NCBI GenBank assembly: GCA_963663965.2
Contig: CAXXFK010000006.1
Coordinates: forward strand, 244,891-308,890
Direction of reading: 5' to 3'
Length of the DNA stretch: 64,000 nucleotides
Source: Sedimentisphaerales bacterium
GTDB taxonomy: Bacteria > Planctomycetota > Phycisphaerae > Sedimentisphaerales > SM23-30
Shown: positions 44,601 through 54,900 of the stretch, in pieces
Layout of the letters: the number at the start of each line of letters is the position of its first letter
How positions within the stretch are numbered: position 1 is the stretch's first letter
The notes under the pieces: generated by a model
What the model saw: the letters and a program-made list of their open reading frames with translations, nothing else
Database searches by the model: none
What the model was told of the DNA's origin: nothing
Translations under genes and position numbers: made by a program

Positions 44601-47141
44601 GAAGATAACGATTCCGATGCGTTAATATCGCTATACTATGACGATGATCGCTATGGCGCCGACGGGATATTGATAGCTGCCGGCATACCTGAGGATGACG
44701 CTACTGATTATTATAATTGGGATCTAACGAATGTACCGGCCGGTGATTATTATGTCTATGCAGTCATTGAGGATGGCGTAAGTACACCCGGAATCAGTTA
44801 TGCGACCGGCCGGGTATCTGTGATCGATGCTAACGCTCCTGAAAAAGTTACAGGTCTAAATGCTCCAGAAGGAACTCATGATTCCATTCAATTGAGATGG
44901 CAGTCGTCTGGAGCGGAAGATTTAGATCATTACCTGGCTTATTATACCGCCAATGCGGCGGGTGAAAATTATCAACAACAAGTTGTGGCAGATAAGGCCG
45001 CTTCAGTTGTTATAACTGATTTGGTGCCAGGTGAAACTTATCGCATTGCCATAGCAGCTGTAGATACAGAAGGGAATATTGGAATATGTAGTGATCCGAT
45101 TGTTGTTGTGATTGGTGGTGTCACTTCCGTTGCTCCAGAGGCTGATCAGTGGTCGGTATTTGCAGATCCTGGCGTGCTTTATCAAGCTCAAATACCTGGC
45201 GCCCTAGGCGATAGTTATAGTTTAATTAATGGCCCAGATACGAGTATGCTAAATGAATCGGGACTTTTTGAATGGTTTGTACCCTCAGATGCTTTTGGTT
45301 GGCACTCTGTACTTGTTCATGTGACTCATTCAACAGGAAGCACCTCCGTTTATCGATATCATTTATTATCGGATAATCGTGTACCCGAATTTACTGATGT
45401 CATTGCTCAAGTTGAGGCCATAAGTCCCAATGCTGTTCAAATTATATCTCCAGATGGGATGGATAGTACTGGGGTAGTTCACTACCAACTTGAACGTGAT
45501 GGAGAGATTATACCAGAATGGCAGATTATGCCCGTATTCATAGATTTGGGTTTATATCCAAATAAGTATTATGACTATCGATTACGTCTTAAGGATTCAT
45601 CTCCAACCAGCGTGCCTTCGGACTGGTCAGATATTATAACAGTTTGTACATTGGCCGATATTCCTAACAGGCCTTCACTGATGACAATAAATCAGACTAC
45701 ATTAATATTGGAAGAATTACCACAGGATAGCAACCCTGAAGGCACTGAGTATGCGATTTATTGTACTACCACAGGGCAGTACTTGACTACAGATGGTGTT
45801 TTTAGCCAAGAACCGGTATGGATTTCGATTGATTCCTGGTCTGATATTCCTATTGGTGGATTATTACCTGACATGGAATACAAATTTGTTTCAATAGTAC
45901 GCAATCATGAAGGTTTCATAACAGAACCAAGTACGGTAATAAGTGTTCATACTGCTCGAGAAGATGATGCACCTATTGTCAGTACTTATGAAACAGACTC
46001 CTCTCATGGCACAATCTCATTGGAGTTTTCTGAGTCAATTATGATTTCAATAAAAGATATATCGGTATATGACAGTAATGGTACACCTGTTACTCTAGCC
46101 GGTGCCCAGCTATCTCATACACCAGCCAGTTTATTTGCTCAAATCTACTTTAATAATGTTTTAAATGAAGGATCTTATACTTTAGTCCTTAATGGAAACA
46201 ATGTTCAGGATTTGTCTGGCAATCTGTTAAATGGTGGGCAAGATGAGTTTATTGATTTTGAGATTGTTCCCGATACGGCTGCTCCTGAAATACTTTCCTG
46301 GCAATCCGCGAAAATGCACAACACTGGAGAAGCGCTACTGACAATTCCTGATGATGGCAGTTTTTCGGAGCCTCGATTAGTTAACGGTACCTCAGAAGGG
46401 GGAATCAGCACGTTATTAATTACTTTTGATGAAGCAATTGATACGGATAGTTTTCGATCGGATAGTATCGCTGTGGTTGGTAACGATTTGAATGGGAATA
46501 CCGTCGATTTATCTGAGATTCAAATAATGACAAATATGCGTAATGCTAATACCGTTGGTGAGGTTACTTTCAATCCTGCCCTGCCGGACTTCGCTCGTTA
46601 TCTGATTCGTTTGGAAGGAATAACTGATATGGCTGGCAATCCCTTGGAAAGTGACAATGACCGGATTATGACTTCTTTGCTAGGCGATGCGACTGGTGAT
46701 TTGCGTGTTAACAACACCGATGTGGGAGGTGTTAAGAGTTTGCGTGGTATCAATCCCATTGATCTAACTGAAAAATGGCAAGTACGCAGTGATGCCAATC
46801 TGGATGGCAGAATTAACAATACTGATGTAGGAGGTATTAAATCAATGCGAGGACGCGATGCCAGATTTATTTTTGATCCGGTAATACCTGAACCAACACT
46901 CTTGGATGATACGCTGAATGAAGATTCCTACTTTAATACTGCCGATACGGCAAAATCAAGCGTACTCTCAAATAGATTATTAGTTGCCAATTTGAGCTTA
47001 AAGAAACTAACATTGTTGTTCAATTCTATTAAGCCAGTACAAGCCAATAATCTTTTAATTCTCAGCAAGCCAGCTTTGAAGGAAGGATTATTAATGGAAA
47101 ATTATGATCCCATCGAAATATTTCTCAGAAATTATTTGTAA
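38613..47141 (+). CDS. 2842-aa extracellular multidomain protein: LEPR-XLL motif, jelly-roll/MAM-like domain, CARDB repeats, PPC-like, FN3, Ig-like and C-terminal dockerin-like domains
   Basis: LEQYESRVLLSA; G.YYL...ID....I.ES.E.NN (CARDB); LDSYLRLFD..G..IAFSDD (PPC-like); GDATGDLRVNNTDV / SDANLDGRINNTDV. Confidence 0.85.
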   Translation: MGALSRIVRKIIKGKDQYNLQLEQYESRVLLSASPPMIGPLDFEGVMMIPLENTCLLTDTTSKLNECIEPTGYVHDVINPKNTSESIVEFVASDVQTQSVMTIFFDDFSDGNMDGWYRGDWDSGSGSDYWGLVNDGLYAPQPWCAAVSDGGATVWSDYDNDMQAYMYHYIDLSGYDGCYLQFDYYLASEETYDELLVHVYADGGWSSALWSDSGFHNWDGSSSTTVDLSSYDGKEIYIEFEFRSDSSVERTDWEGDGAWVDNIRVKGSAVSSDLTKQTDHINSTSAFPGDTLEVDLTIVNSGSNSANSSYVYYYWKKGSKEYSDTYKVGQDYVKSLSPQDTSDESFEFTVPAGSLAGTYYLYYWIDAREEISESIETNNKWAWTVTVNEPTKILSVDFEPDDGSQGTVDETKTVTVSVGAEIAQPGVLQVWMYDDDFSTQDTEWIYIDAPQSTVRTFELALVESEVGARDYSTYIQFRPNVTTGPFISTELYDSIWTGSDYTIDWNGIPDLTRQTDHINSTSAFPGDTLEVDLTIVNSGSNSANSSYVYYYWKKGSKEYSDTYKVGQDYVKSLSPQDTSDESFEFTVPAGSLAGTYYLYYWIDAREEISESIETNNKWAWTVTVNEPTKILSVDFEPDDGSQGTVDETKTVTVSVGAEIAQPGVLQVWMYDDDFSTQDTEWIYIDAPQSTVRTFELALVESEVGARDYSTYIQFRPNVTTGPFISTELYDSIWTGSDYTIDWNGIPDLTRQMDHINSTSAFPGDTLEVDLTIVNNGSISANSSYVYYYWKKDSKEYSDTYKVGQDYVESLSPQDTSDESFEFTVPAGSLAGTYYLYYWIDAREEISESIETNNKWAWTVTVNEPTKILSVDFEPDDGSQGTVDETKTVTVSVGAEIAQPGVLQVWMYDDDFSTQDTEWIYIDAPQSTVRTFELALVESEVGARDYSTYIQFRPNVTTGPFISTELYDSIWTGSDYTIDWDGIPDLEATLTILSNGCYWGDQVGFEVGTENTTGVPTNHNWKVYLVMSPDSNVTITDYILDEWLIPIGSGEWGMSLLEELPATPPSGFSSDGIVYFGLIADVANNIIEQNEINNIDIETIRISKYNNPPTIDILVGPGDGDTINYDDVKYEWSGYDSDGYISGYEVKMDDSGWSTANKTMTFPNLSEGKHEFSVRAIDNDNQYSNWSHNTFNVDLDENQEPGDTIAYSYDLGTLKLNDSKNITEMVGNGLHLNKDIDIFKISLEDNAKVTFDIDTTPPVSSLDSYLRLFDSYGSEIAFSDDEASPGESNTLDSFLERYLSVGTYYIGVSGYPNVRYLPSNNSSAVSGSTGNYTLSVTVSSPEDQPQDIRPLDVIQLSGDFEETSDGLHTATGTIVVNDFLTVIGTITYDDELNIHGDGEVWVHNIPIIGDAMLMDDEFDFPAGEVITDKLNGALSSLAVAGLDLKLDRFLLVENGVRLEGALKLPDLMGGTEIKFANPHFIDITTEGLFYDFVVTPNDLSFKLNKLEFISEDVELAVSNADGQAEATLSGLFTVNILGTNISVDLDKEQGRYFRFSQSGDWDLVGTIMVDRVDFLKNKLYVEDLIIDLDTTEMNFHGEGWIHLPIGNGVNVFGTLEIVQGYLDSVGLTVSELDVLVWSPPPIYLDTIGGSVQNMTPDEIDGEPTLITVNAGFQLGPDIGDYNLIYLDLNGWVDMAGGMGGSAGVKLGNPDDPFAGGNVSVSWFPYKDLFTLDGNIFIGDSEDPIVGLEGSLASSGDVISGQLEGGIYTKHIPGWVKDIYKGWNIINPWSPHFGDFDYEMPDEITGQAYFIVSDDGNEKNDFIMVGSKDLLTVKIILDGDFNVFDDIKAVKFKELEKLIDDDVANEERATALSGLDDPGSAVIESYNLPVSLEGVVFQLEWENNSAGFEIFKPDGTRITIDNVDDYSNITVVENSESHLITFVVYSPTGGVWQTAVPDTTNIGNYTIRVQSRTNDPVISLLEPHSDISTTSVDITWVDEDNDSDALISLYYDDDRYGADGILIAAGIPEDDATDYYNWDLTNVPAGDYYVYAVIEDGVSTPGISYATGRVSVIDANAPEKVTGLNAPEGTHDSIQLRWQSSGAEDLDHYLAYYTANAAGENYQQQVVADKAASVVITDLVPGETYRIAIAAVDTEGNIGICSDPIVVVIGGVTSVAPEADQWSVFADPGVLYQAQIPGALGDSYSLINGPDTSMLNESGLFEWFVPSDAFGWHSVLVHVTHSTGSTSVYRYHLLSDNRVPEFTDVIAQVEAISPNAVQIISPDGMDSTGVVHYQLERDGEIIPEWQIMPVFIDLGLYPNKYYDYRLRLKDSSPTSVPSDWSDIITVCTLADIPNRPSLMTINQTTLILEELPQDSNPEGTEYAIYCTTTGQYLTTDGVFSQEPVWISIDSWSDIPIGGLLPDMEYKFVSIVRNHEGFITEPSTVISVHTAREDDAPIVSTYETDSSHGTISLEFSESIMISIKDISVYDSNGTPVTLAGAQLSHTPASLFAQIYFNNVLNEGSYTLVLNGNNVQDLSGNLLNGGQDEFIDFEIVPDTAAPEILSWQSAKMHNTGEALLTIPDDGSFSEPRLVNGTSEGGISTLLITFDEAIDTDSFRSDSIAVVGNDLNGNTVDLSEIQIMTNMRNANTVGEVTFNPALPDFARYLIRLEGITDMAGNPLESDNDRIMTSLLGDATGDLRVNNTDVGGVKSLRGINPIDLTEKWQVRSDANLDGRINNTDVGGIKSMRGRDARFIFDPVIPEPTLLDDTLNEDSYFNTADTAKSSVLSNRLLVANLSLKKLTLLFNSIKPVQANNLLILSKPALKEGLLMENYDPIEIFLRNYL
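39427..41560 (+). repeat. Three near-identical in-frame 711-bp tandem repeats (237 aa each)
   Basis: Units start at 39427, 40138 and 40849. The shadow ORFs recur at a 711-bp period. Confidence 0.97.
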
Positions 47142-47194
47142 TGACTAATTCATGAAATTGAAAACAGTATTTACATTGTTAAGGAGAAAAAAAT

Positions 47195-47821
47195 ATGAAA
47201 TCGACATTAAAAGTACTAGCATTGTTGTTGATAATTCAAACCATATTAACCGACATAAGTTCAGGCGCCTATGTTATAACGCCAATGACTGGTGGTAAAA
47301 ATCAGGTACAGGTTCTACCGGGCGAAGAGTTTAAATTGGATATTGTTTTGTCCTCTGATAACATGGATAAGCACGACACATCAATTTTCAGAGTGAAGTT
47401 TTCTGTGCCAGGTTTAATATGTCAGTCCTATCAATGGAGTACTCCATATCTAAACCAGACCGATGATGATGACAGTACACCACTCTGGGACAGCTTACCA
47501 TTGGCTTTGCAGGCAGATACCCTACAGGGATCGGGTTATCCAGAAAATATCGTTGATATCGAGTTATCCAATACGGCTGATGATGATTTTGACAGTGGTT
47601 TACTAGTCAGCATTATCCTGCAAGTACCGGAAACATGGAATCTTGATGATGAATTAATATTCGTGGATGTGGTGCCGGATTCTTTTACGAATGGCTTCAA
47701 TGAGATCACCACAAGTTCTGGTCCATGCTTGACTATTACTATTCCGGAGCCAGTATCGTTCGTATTGATTGGAATGGGTTGGCTCAGTATCTACAATAAT
47801 CGTAAAACACGTATTTTTTAA
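47195..47821 (+). CDS. PEP-CTERM protein with a single cohesin-like domain
   Basis: Signal peptide, beta-rich domain (VQVLPGEEFKLDIVL...FDSGLLVSIILQVP), C-terminal IPEPVSFVLIGMGWLSIYNNRKTR. Confidence 0.78.
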   Translation: MKSTLKVLALLLIIQTILTDISSGAYVITPMTGGKNQVQVLPGEEFKLDIVLSSDNMDKHDTSIFRVKFSVPGLICQSYQWSTPYLNQTDDDDSTPLWDSLPLALQADTLQGSGYPENIVDIELSNTADDDFDSGLLVSIILQVPETWNLDDELIFVDVVPDSFTNGFNEITTSSGPCLTITIPEPVSFVLIGMGWLSIYNNRKTRIF

Positions 47822-47889
47822 TCAACATAAAATCAAGATCAACAGTTCGCTTGATGACCATCACATATTTATTAACCTGGAGATCTGAA

Positions 47890-50800
47890 ATGTGGCCTTT
47901 GAAACTTAAACAGTACTTTGCAATCATAATACATTTATTACTGGTTAGTATTGTGTTGGGTGATTACACCATTTTCGTACAAAACAATGAATCTGATGCA
48001 TTGACGGTCAATCCAGGCGATAGCTTTAATCTGGACATTAGATTAGAAACAGACAATTCAGATATACATGATTCAGCGATTTTTCGTTTAGTTTTTTCCA
48101 AACCTGGATTGGAATATCTGTCCTACTATTGGAGTTCTCCATACCCGAACGAAACCGATGATGATGACAGTACACCTATTATCAGCGATTTGCCGATAGT
48201 CATTAAGGCAGATTCACTTGCTGGTATTGGCTATCCCTCTAATACTGTGGATATTGAGCTGTCCAATTCGGCTGACACAGATTTTAACTCAGGATTACTG
48301 GTAAAACTAACATTAAAAGTTCCGGAAAGCTGGCAGAGTATCTACGAAATGATGGCTGTCAGTATTATACCTGATACCCTGGCTGATGGTTTCCGAGTGA
48401 TAAACTCAGTTTCAGGTTCTCCAATGACTTTAAAAATTTGTCCCAAAAACCTTTCTCCTTTTTTTTATGTTGACGATGATTCACTCAATGATCCTGTCCC
48501 TGGAGATCCCGATCAAAGTGATCCATTTGAAGATGGTACCATGGAGCATCCGTATGACTCAGTTCAAAAGGCGATTAATGCCATCAGTTCAGGTAAATCC
48601 ATAGTTTTGTTGCCGGGTTATTACACCGGAAAAGGTAACCGGGATATCGACTTGCAGGGCAAATCTCTCATTATAAGATCACAAGATCCCAATGATCCAG
48701 AAGCAGTCTTAGAGACCATTATTGACTGCCATGGTACTGAAACAGAGCCTCATCGTGCATTTGTGCTTGAGGGCAATCCGGATACGACCCTTGATGGGTT
48801 AACTTTGAAGAATGGATTTGCCAGTAGCGATGGTGGCAGCATCTACTGTGCTGACAGTCGTTTAACGATTCAAAACTGTTACATATCAAACAATAACGCC
48901 TATGCAAGGGGAGGCGCCATTCACCTTGATTCCAACAGTCAATTAATTATAAGTAAAAGCCAACTATCGGCTAACTGTGCCTATCGCGGTGGAGCGATAT
49001 CCAATTATGACAGTGAACTCAAGCTATTCGATTGTCTGTTAGAGGGAAACAGTACTGCTATAAATGATGATATTGGCACTTCCAATAATGGGGGGGCTAT
49101 CATTAATATTGGTTCCTCAGATGAAGATCAAGCCATAGCCGAGCTTGTAAATTGTGCATTTATCCGGAATTCTTCCATTCAATTTGGTGGAGTAATGACC
49201 AGCTACCGTGCATCTATTGATATAGATCATTGCACATTCCTGGGGAATCAGAGCTTGTATGGAGGTGTGATGGACAACTCCAGGTGTCAGGTATCTCTGG
49301 TAAATTCATTTTTAACGGGCAACAGTGCTCAGATGGGTGGCGCCATCTTCTGCTATGCCAGTGAACTTGATATCAACCATACGGTTTTGACGGGTAATCA
49401 GGCTGATCAGGGTGGCGGCCTTTTTGTGTCAACTGACAGTAGTGTTACAATGGATTTCTGCACCTGTGGTTATAACCGAGCTCGTGAGGGTGCCGGTATC
49501 TACTTCGATCTGTTCTATCCGGCATATCCGGATCCAAGTCAATTAAAAATAAGCAATTCCATCCTTTGGGATGAGGGAACTGAAATTGTTAATAACAATG
49601 TCTCATCCCTGACTATCGACTATAGTGATGTAAAGGGCGAATACTCTGGTATGGGAAACCTGCAACTGGATCCACAGTTTGCCGATTCCGGTCTTTGGCA
49701 GGATGTTAATAACACACCAGATGATCTATCCGATGATAGCTGGCTAGATGGTGATTACCATCTAAAGTCCACGGTCGGCCGTTGGGATCCTATGGAAAAG
49801 GATTGGGTCATTGACGATGAATTAAGTCCCTGCATTGACGCCGGTAATCCCAAACTTTCTCCCGGTAATGAAATTCAACCTAACGGCGGATTAGTAAACA
49901 TAGGAGCCTACGGCGGTACATCACAGGCCAGTCAATCGTTACAGGAAATCCTTTATGTTGATAATGATGCCCCTGATGATCCAGGTCCTGACGATCCAAA
50001 CAGATTTGATCCACTTGAAAATGGCACTCTGGCCCATCCGTTCGATACTATTCAAAAAGCTATCAATTACAATGATGGTGAGCAGTGTATCATTATTTTG
50101 CCAGGGATCTATACCGGGATTGGCAACCGAGATATTGACCTGCAGGGTAAATCTCTTATTATAAGATCACAAGAACCTAATGATCCTGAAGTGGTCTTAG
50201 AGACCATTATTGACTGCCAGGGTACTGAAACAGAGCCTCATCGTGCATTTGTGATTGAGGGCAATCCGGATACAATCCTTAATGGGTTAACTTTAAAGAA
50301 TGGTTTTAGCAGTAATGATGGTGGCAGCATCCGTTGTGCAGACAGCTATTTAACGATACAAAACTGTTACATTTTAAACAATAACGCTTACGCGAGGGGA
50401 GGTGCCATTCACCTTGATTTCAACAGTCAATTAACTATAAGTAAAAGCCAACTATCGGCTAACCGTGCCTATCGTGGTGGGGCGATATCCAATTATGACA
50501 GCGAACTCAAGCTATTCGATTGTCTGTTTGAGGGAAACAATACTGCTATAAACGAGGCGCTTGGTACTTCCAATAATGGGGGGGCCATCATTAGCATCGG
50601 TCCCTCAGATGAAGATAGAGCCATAACCCAGCTAGTTAATTGTGTATTTAATAATAATTCTTCCATACAATTCGGTGGGGTAATGACCAGTTACCGTGCA
50701 TCTATTGATATAGATTATTGCACATTCCAGGGTAATCAAGGCTTGTATGGAGGTGTGATGGACACCTCCAGGTGTCAGGTATCTCTGGTAAATTCATTTT

Positions 50801-51702
50801 TAACAGGTAACCGGGCTCGGATGGGTGGCGCCATTTTCTGCTATGCCAGTGAACTTGATCTTCAGAATACGATTCTGGCGGGTAACTATGCCGATCAGGG
50901 TGGTGGCCTTTTTGTGTCAACTGATAGTAATATTACAATAGATTTCTGTACCTGCGTTTTGAATCGTGGTCAGGAAGGAGGCGGGATTTGCTGTGATCGG
51001 TTCTACCCGGCTTATCCTGATCCCAGTCAGGTAAAGGTAAGCAATTCAATATTTTGGGATGATGGGACTGAAATTGTCAATAATAACGCCTCATTCCTGA
51101 TCATTGAATATAGCGATATTCAGGGTGGATATCCAGGTATGGGTAACATGCAACTGAATCCACAGTTTGCCGATTCCGGTCTTTGGCAGGACGTTAATAA
51201 CACACCGGATGATCTATCCGATGATAGCTGGCTAGATGGTGATTACCATCTGAAGTCCACGGTCGGTCGCTGGGATCCTATGGAAAAGGATTGGGTCATT
51301 AACGATGAATTAAGTCCCTGCATTGACGCCGGTAATCCCAAACTTGCTCCTGGTAATGAAATCCAACCTAACGGCGGATTAGTAAACATAGGAGCTAATG
51401 GTGGGACTGACCAGGCAAGTCTATCCACAGGCATATTACCCGACGACACAGTTGACTTTAATAAAGATGGTCTAATTAATCTGGGAGATTTTATCTTCCT
51501 GTCAGAACAATGGCTGAATCAGGCCACATGTTGTATAATCAACAATTGGTGTTCTGGGCTAGATCTAAATCGTTCAAAAGATATCGATGCTTTAGATCTT
51601 TCTCTGATGGCTGAAGAATGGTTACGTAGTAAATTTGTTTTTATTCCTGGAAGCACCTTTCAGATGGGTGATGTACCAGGTGATGGAATTTCCAATAAGT
51701 AA
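47890..51702 (+). CDS. Secreted protein: cohesin-like domain, two right-handed beta-helix modules, dockerin-like domain and FGE-sulfatase stub
   Basis: N-terminal domain is paralogous to the PEP-CTERM protein. GGAI/N repeats; DYHLKS..GRWDP..SPCIDAG twice; DFNKDGLINLGDF..LSEQWL / DLNRSKDIDALDL..MAEEWL. Confidence 0.85.
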   Translation: MWPLKLKQYFAIIIHLLLVSIVLGDYTIFVQNNESDALTVNPGDSFNLDIRLETDNSDIHDSAIFRLVFSKPGLEYLSYYWSSPYPNETDDDDSTPIISDLPIVIKADSLAGIGYPSNTVDIELSNSADTDFNSGLLVKLTLKVPESWQSIYEMMAVSIIPDTLADGFRVINSVSGSPMTLKICPKNLSPFFYVDDDSLNDPVPGDPDQSDPFEDGTMEHPYDSVQKAINAISSGKSIVLLPGYYTGKGNRDIDLQGKSLIIRSQDPNDPEAVLETIIDCHGTETEPHRAFVLEGNPDTTLDGLTLKNGFASSDGGSIYCADSRLTIQNCYISNNNAYARGGAIHLDSNSQLIISKSQLSANCAYRGGAISNYDSELKLFDCLLEGNSTAINDDIGTSNNGGAIINIGSSDEDQAIAELVNCAFIRNSSIQFGGVMTSYRASIDIDHCTFLGNQSLYGGVMDNSRCQVSLVNSFLTGNSAQMGGAIFCYASELDINHTVLTGNQADQGGGLFVSTDSSVTMDFCTCGYNRAREGAGIYFDLFYPAYPDPSQLKISNSILWDEGTEIVNNNVSSLTIDYSDVKGEYSGMGNLQLDPQFADSGLWQDVNNTPDDLSDDSWLDGDYHLKSTVGRWDPMEKDWVIDDELSPCIDAGNPKLSPGNEIQPNGGLVNIGAYGGTSQASQSLQEILYVDNDAPDDPGPDDPNRFDPLENGTLAHPFDTIQKAINYNDGEQCIIILPGIYTGIGNRDIDLQGKSLIIRSQEPNDPEVVLETIIDCQGTETEPHRAFVIEGNPDTILNGLTLKNGFSSNDGGSIRCADSYLTIQNCYILNNNAYARGGAIHLDFNSQLTISKSQLSANRAYRGGAISNYDSELKLFDCLFEGNNTAINEALGTSNNGGAIISIGPSDEDRAITQLVNCVFNNNSSIQFGGVMTSYRASIDIDYCTFQGNQGLYGGVMDTSRCQVSLVNSFLTGNRARMGGAIFCYASELDLQNTILAGNYADQGGGLFVSTDSNITIDFCTCVLNRGQEGGGICCDRFYPAYPDPSQVKVSNSIFWDDGTEIVNNNASFLIIEYSDIQGGYPGMGNMQLNPQFADSGLWQDVNNTPDDLSDDSWLDGDYHLKSTVGRWDPMEKDWVINDELSPCIDAGNPKLAPGNEIQPNGGLVNIGANGGTDQASLSTGILPDDTVDFNKDGLINLGDFIFLSEQWLNQATCCIINNWCSGLDLNRSKDIDALDLSLMAEEWLRSKFVFIPGSTFQMGDVPGDGISNK
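48466..51420 (+). repeat. Internal duplication of about 1.49 kb (two beta-helix modules)
   Basis: YVDDD/YVDND start at 48466 and 49954. Long near-identical DNA stretches. Confidence 0.9.
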
Positions 51703-51989
51703 CCGGTTCATTAGGTAACGCTTAGTGATTTTTACATGAGTCTAAATATCTAAAAAGCAATAAAATAAGTGTTAGTCACCCGTATTTACCACAGTTGAAT
51801 TAGTTCTCTTAAAAGATTACAATCAACTATATGCTAATTACTCAGTCGTTAAGGAATCTATTTTAAGCAATGTATTTAGGCATTAGTATGCCGCCTATTC
51901 ATTTTTAATACTACGTGTATTTTTCTCTTTTATAATTGTGAACAAAATGACAAGGATTCTTTAAAATTATTTTTTGCGGAGAATCAATA

Positions 51990-54900
51990 ATGAAAAACAT
52001 TCTATTAGTTTCATTTATTATTGGAGAATTGTTTTTTTATTCTTGGGCTCAAGCAGATACAATTTTTATTAATGGATATATCACTCAAAATACAAATTTT
52101 GCAGACCCAGATAATATTTATGTTTTGAATAACGATTTATATATTGCCTCAGGAGCGACTTTGACCCTGGCCTCAGGGGTGGAGTTACAGACGAATCTCC
52201 ATTCGATTTATATTGACGGCCGCCTGGAGAGCATGGGTGGCATCCTGCACCATATTGGTCGACGCGACTATGGTTACGGCTATATTTGCGTTCGTGCCTC
52301 AGGGCAACTGGCAATTACTGGCGGTACGGTACGGGGGGCGGGTACTATTGAGGTTCAGAATGCGGCCCAAGCCGAGTTTTCCGAAGTGGCCTTCGAGTAT
52401 TATGATGGTGGAGCTTCATACCGAGCTGGCAGCCCCAACATTATCTTTACTTCCGATTCAATGGGAATGGTGTCTGAGTGTGCCGGCAGTTGGCAGTTAA
52501 CGGTCAGCAGTTCGCAGGTGACGGTTGCCGACTGTACCATTCCTTATCTGCAACTGAATGACGGAGCCCCAACGGTCACCGGCAACACTTTCAGCGATGC
52601 TTATCCGATTCGGCTGGCCAACCCGGCTTTGGATACCAGCGGAATAACCGGTAACACCTATACCCATACTTCGCCCTGGATTTATCTGCAAGGGGCGACG
52701 ATGGCTGCTTCTAGAATACTGACCGGAATCGATGGCCTTTACTATCAGATGCAAGGGAATCTGACGATTGCCTCGGGAGCGACCCTGACGCTGGCCACGG
52801 GGGTGGAATTACAGACGAATTCCTATTCGCTTTCTGTCGACGGTCATCTGGAGAGTATGGGTGGCATCCTGCACCATATCATGCGACGCGACTATAATGG
52901 CAGTTATATTTGCGTTCGTGCCTCAGGGCAACTGGCAATTACTGGCGGCACGGTACGGGGAGCAGGTACTATTGAGGTTCAGAATGCGGCCCAAGCCGAG
53001 TTTTCCGAAGTGGCCTTCGAGTATTATGATGGTGGAGCTTCATACCGAGCTGGCAGCCCCAACATTATCTTTACTTCCGATTCAATGGGAATGGTGTCTG
53101 AGTGTGCCGGCAGTTGGCAGTTAACGGTCAGCAGTTCGCAGGTGACGGTTGCCGACTGTACCATTCCTTATCTGCAACTGAATGACGGAGCCCCAACGGT
53201 CACCGGCAACACTTTCAGCGATGCTTATCCGATTCGGCTGGCCAACCCGGCTTTGGATACCAGTAACATAACTGGTAACTTTTACCTTGATCCGGCTCCA
53301 ATTATTAATATTAAAGGGGTAATAAGCCAATCAGTGATATTGTCTGGTATCGATGGATTAACACACTATATTTTAAATGGCCACTTAACAATCCCACAAA
53401 ATGTAAAACTGGTGATTTATCCTGGTGTAACAATATCAACCAATGGCTGGCATCTCTATCTAGACGGAATTGCAAATCTATATGGAACTAATTTTATAAT
53501 TCATCGAAATACCCGAGTTTATGTGAGAAATGGTGCGACGATCAATGTATCGGGAGGAACCGCATCCGGTCCAGGTGTGATTGAGGTTCAGGATGGTGGA
53601 TCAGCGTCTTTTGCCACAGTAAAATTTTACAATCGTGAAGGTGACTATTATTGGGGTGGTAAGCCATCACTAGTCTATCAATCTGGAGCAACCGGTTCGT
53701 TACATTGGTGTCAGTTGAGTAATTTGAGTATCCATAGCGATGCACAGGTTGCTGTTACAAACAATGATATATCCAATGGTTATGTAACTTTGTCTGGAAG
53801 TTCTTCGGCAATTATTGCTGTGGGGCAAAACTGGTGGGGGGACAACGAATCCTGATTTAATAGCCAAGCAGATTACGGATCAGTCTGATAATGGTTCTCT
53901 ACCGGCGCTCGATTATACCCCCTTACTCAATGCTCCTCCTTCAACCTTTAATATTATTGCCCAGTGGCCCAGTGACAGGACTGCCGACCATGTTGACTAT
54001 TTCGAGATAGCATTTAATGACGATGTTGACCTGGCCTCCTTTGCCTTTGACAAAGTGGCCCTGACGGGACCATCTGGCCGTTGTTCTGTCAATCATATCG
54101 AGTCACGGGGATATTCAGTTTATAGAATCTATTTGTCAGAACTGTTAGCAGAGGGAACATATAGTTTTGAAATCGCTTCGTCTATTAAAGATACTGACGG
54201 CCGCGCTCTTAATCAGGATGGGGATAGCAACTTTGGCGAGGCGGTTGATGATATTTATCGAGGCCGTTTTGTCATAGATCATACCGGACCGCGAATCGTC
54301 ACATATAGCCCCCAAGGAGATGTCGCCGGAACGGCAAGCTATCTGGATTTATACTTTTCGGAAAAAATGCGTTTGTCTTCCATGCAAAGCAAGTATATCA
54401 ATGTGCTGGGGCCTCAAGGGACGGTGTCCGTAACGGGTATCCAGGATATTGGGAATAATGTCTATCGAGTGTATTTTGAGCCAATGACCACTTATGGCCA
54501 ATATCAAGTTGTCACCAAGGTGCCGGTTTTTGAGGATGTAGCAGGAAATTATCTGGATCAGAACCGTAATCAAGTTCAGGCAGAAGAACCCAACGATATT
54601 TTTACCGCAACATTCAACCTGGTGGAAATCGACTTGCAGATTTCGAATATTGTTGTCGAACCAGAGGAGTTATGGGTAGATGATTTGGTTCAGGTATCCT
54701 GGGATGGTGCCAATCAGAGCGGCGCTCCTTTGATCGGAAGTTGGTCCGATGCGGTATATTTGTCAACCGACGCTGCCTGGGATATCGATGATCCATTGCT
54801 CGTTATGACATCTCATACAGGCGGTCTGGGCCTTGCTGAATCTTATCATGAAGAGGTGGAGGTCTCCATACCCGGATTATTACCGGGATCGTATTATGTG

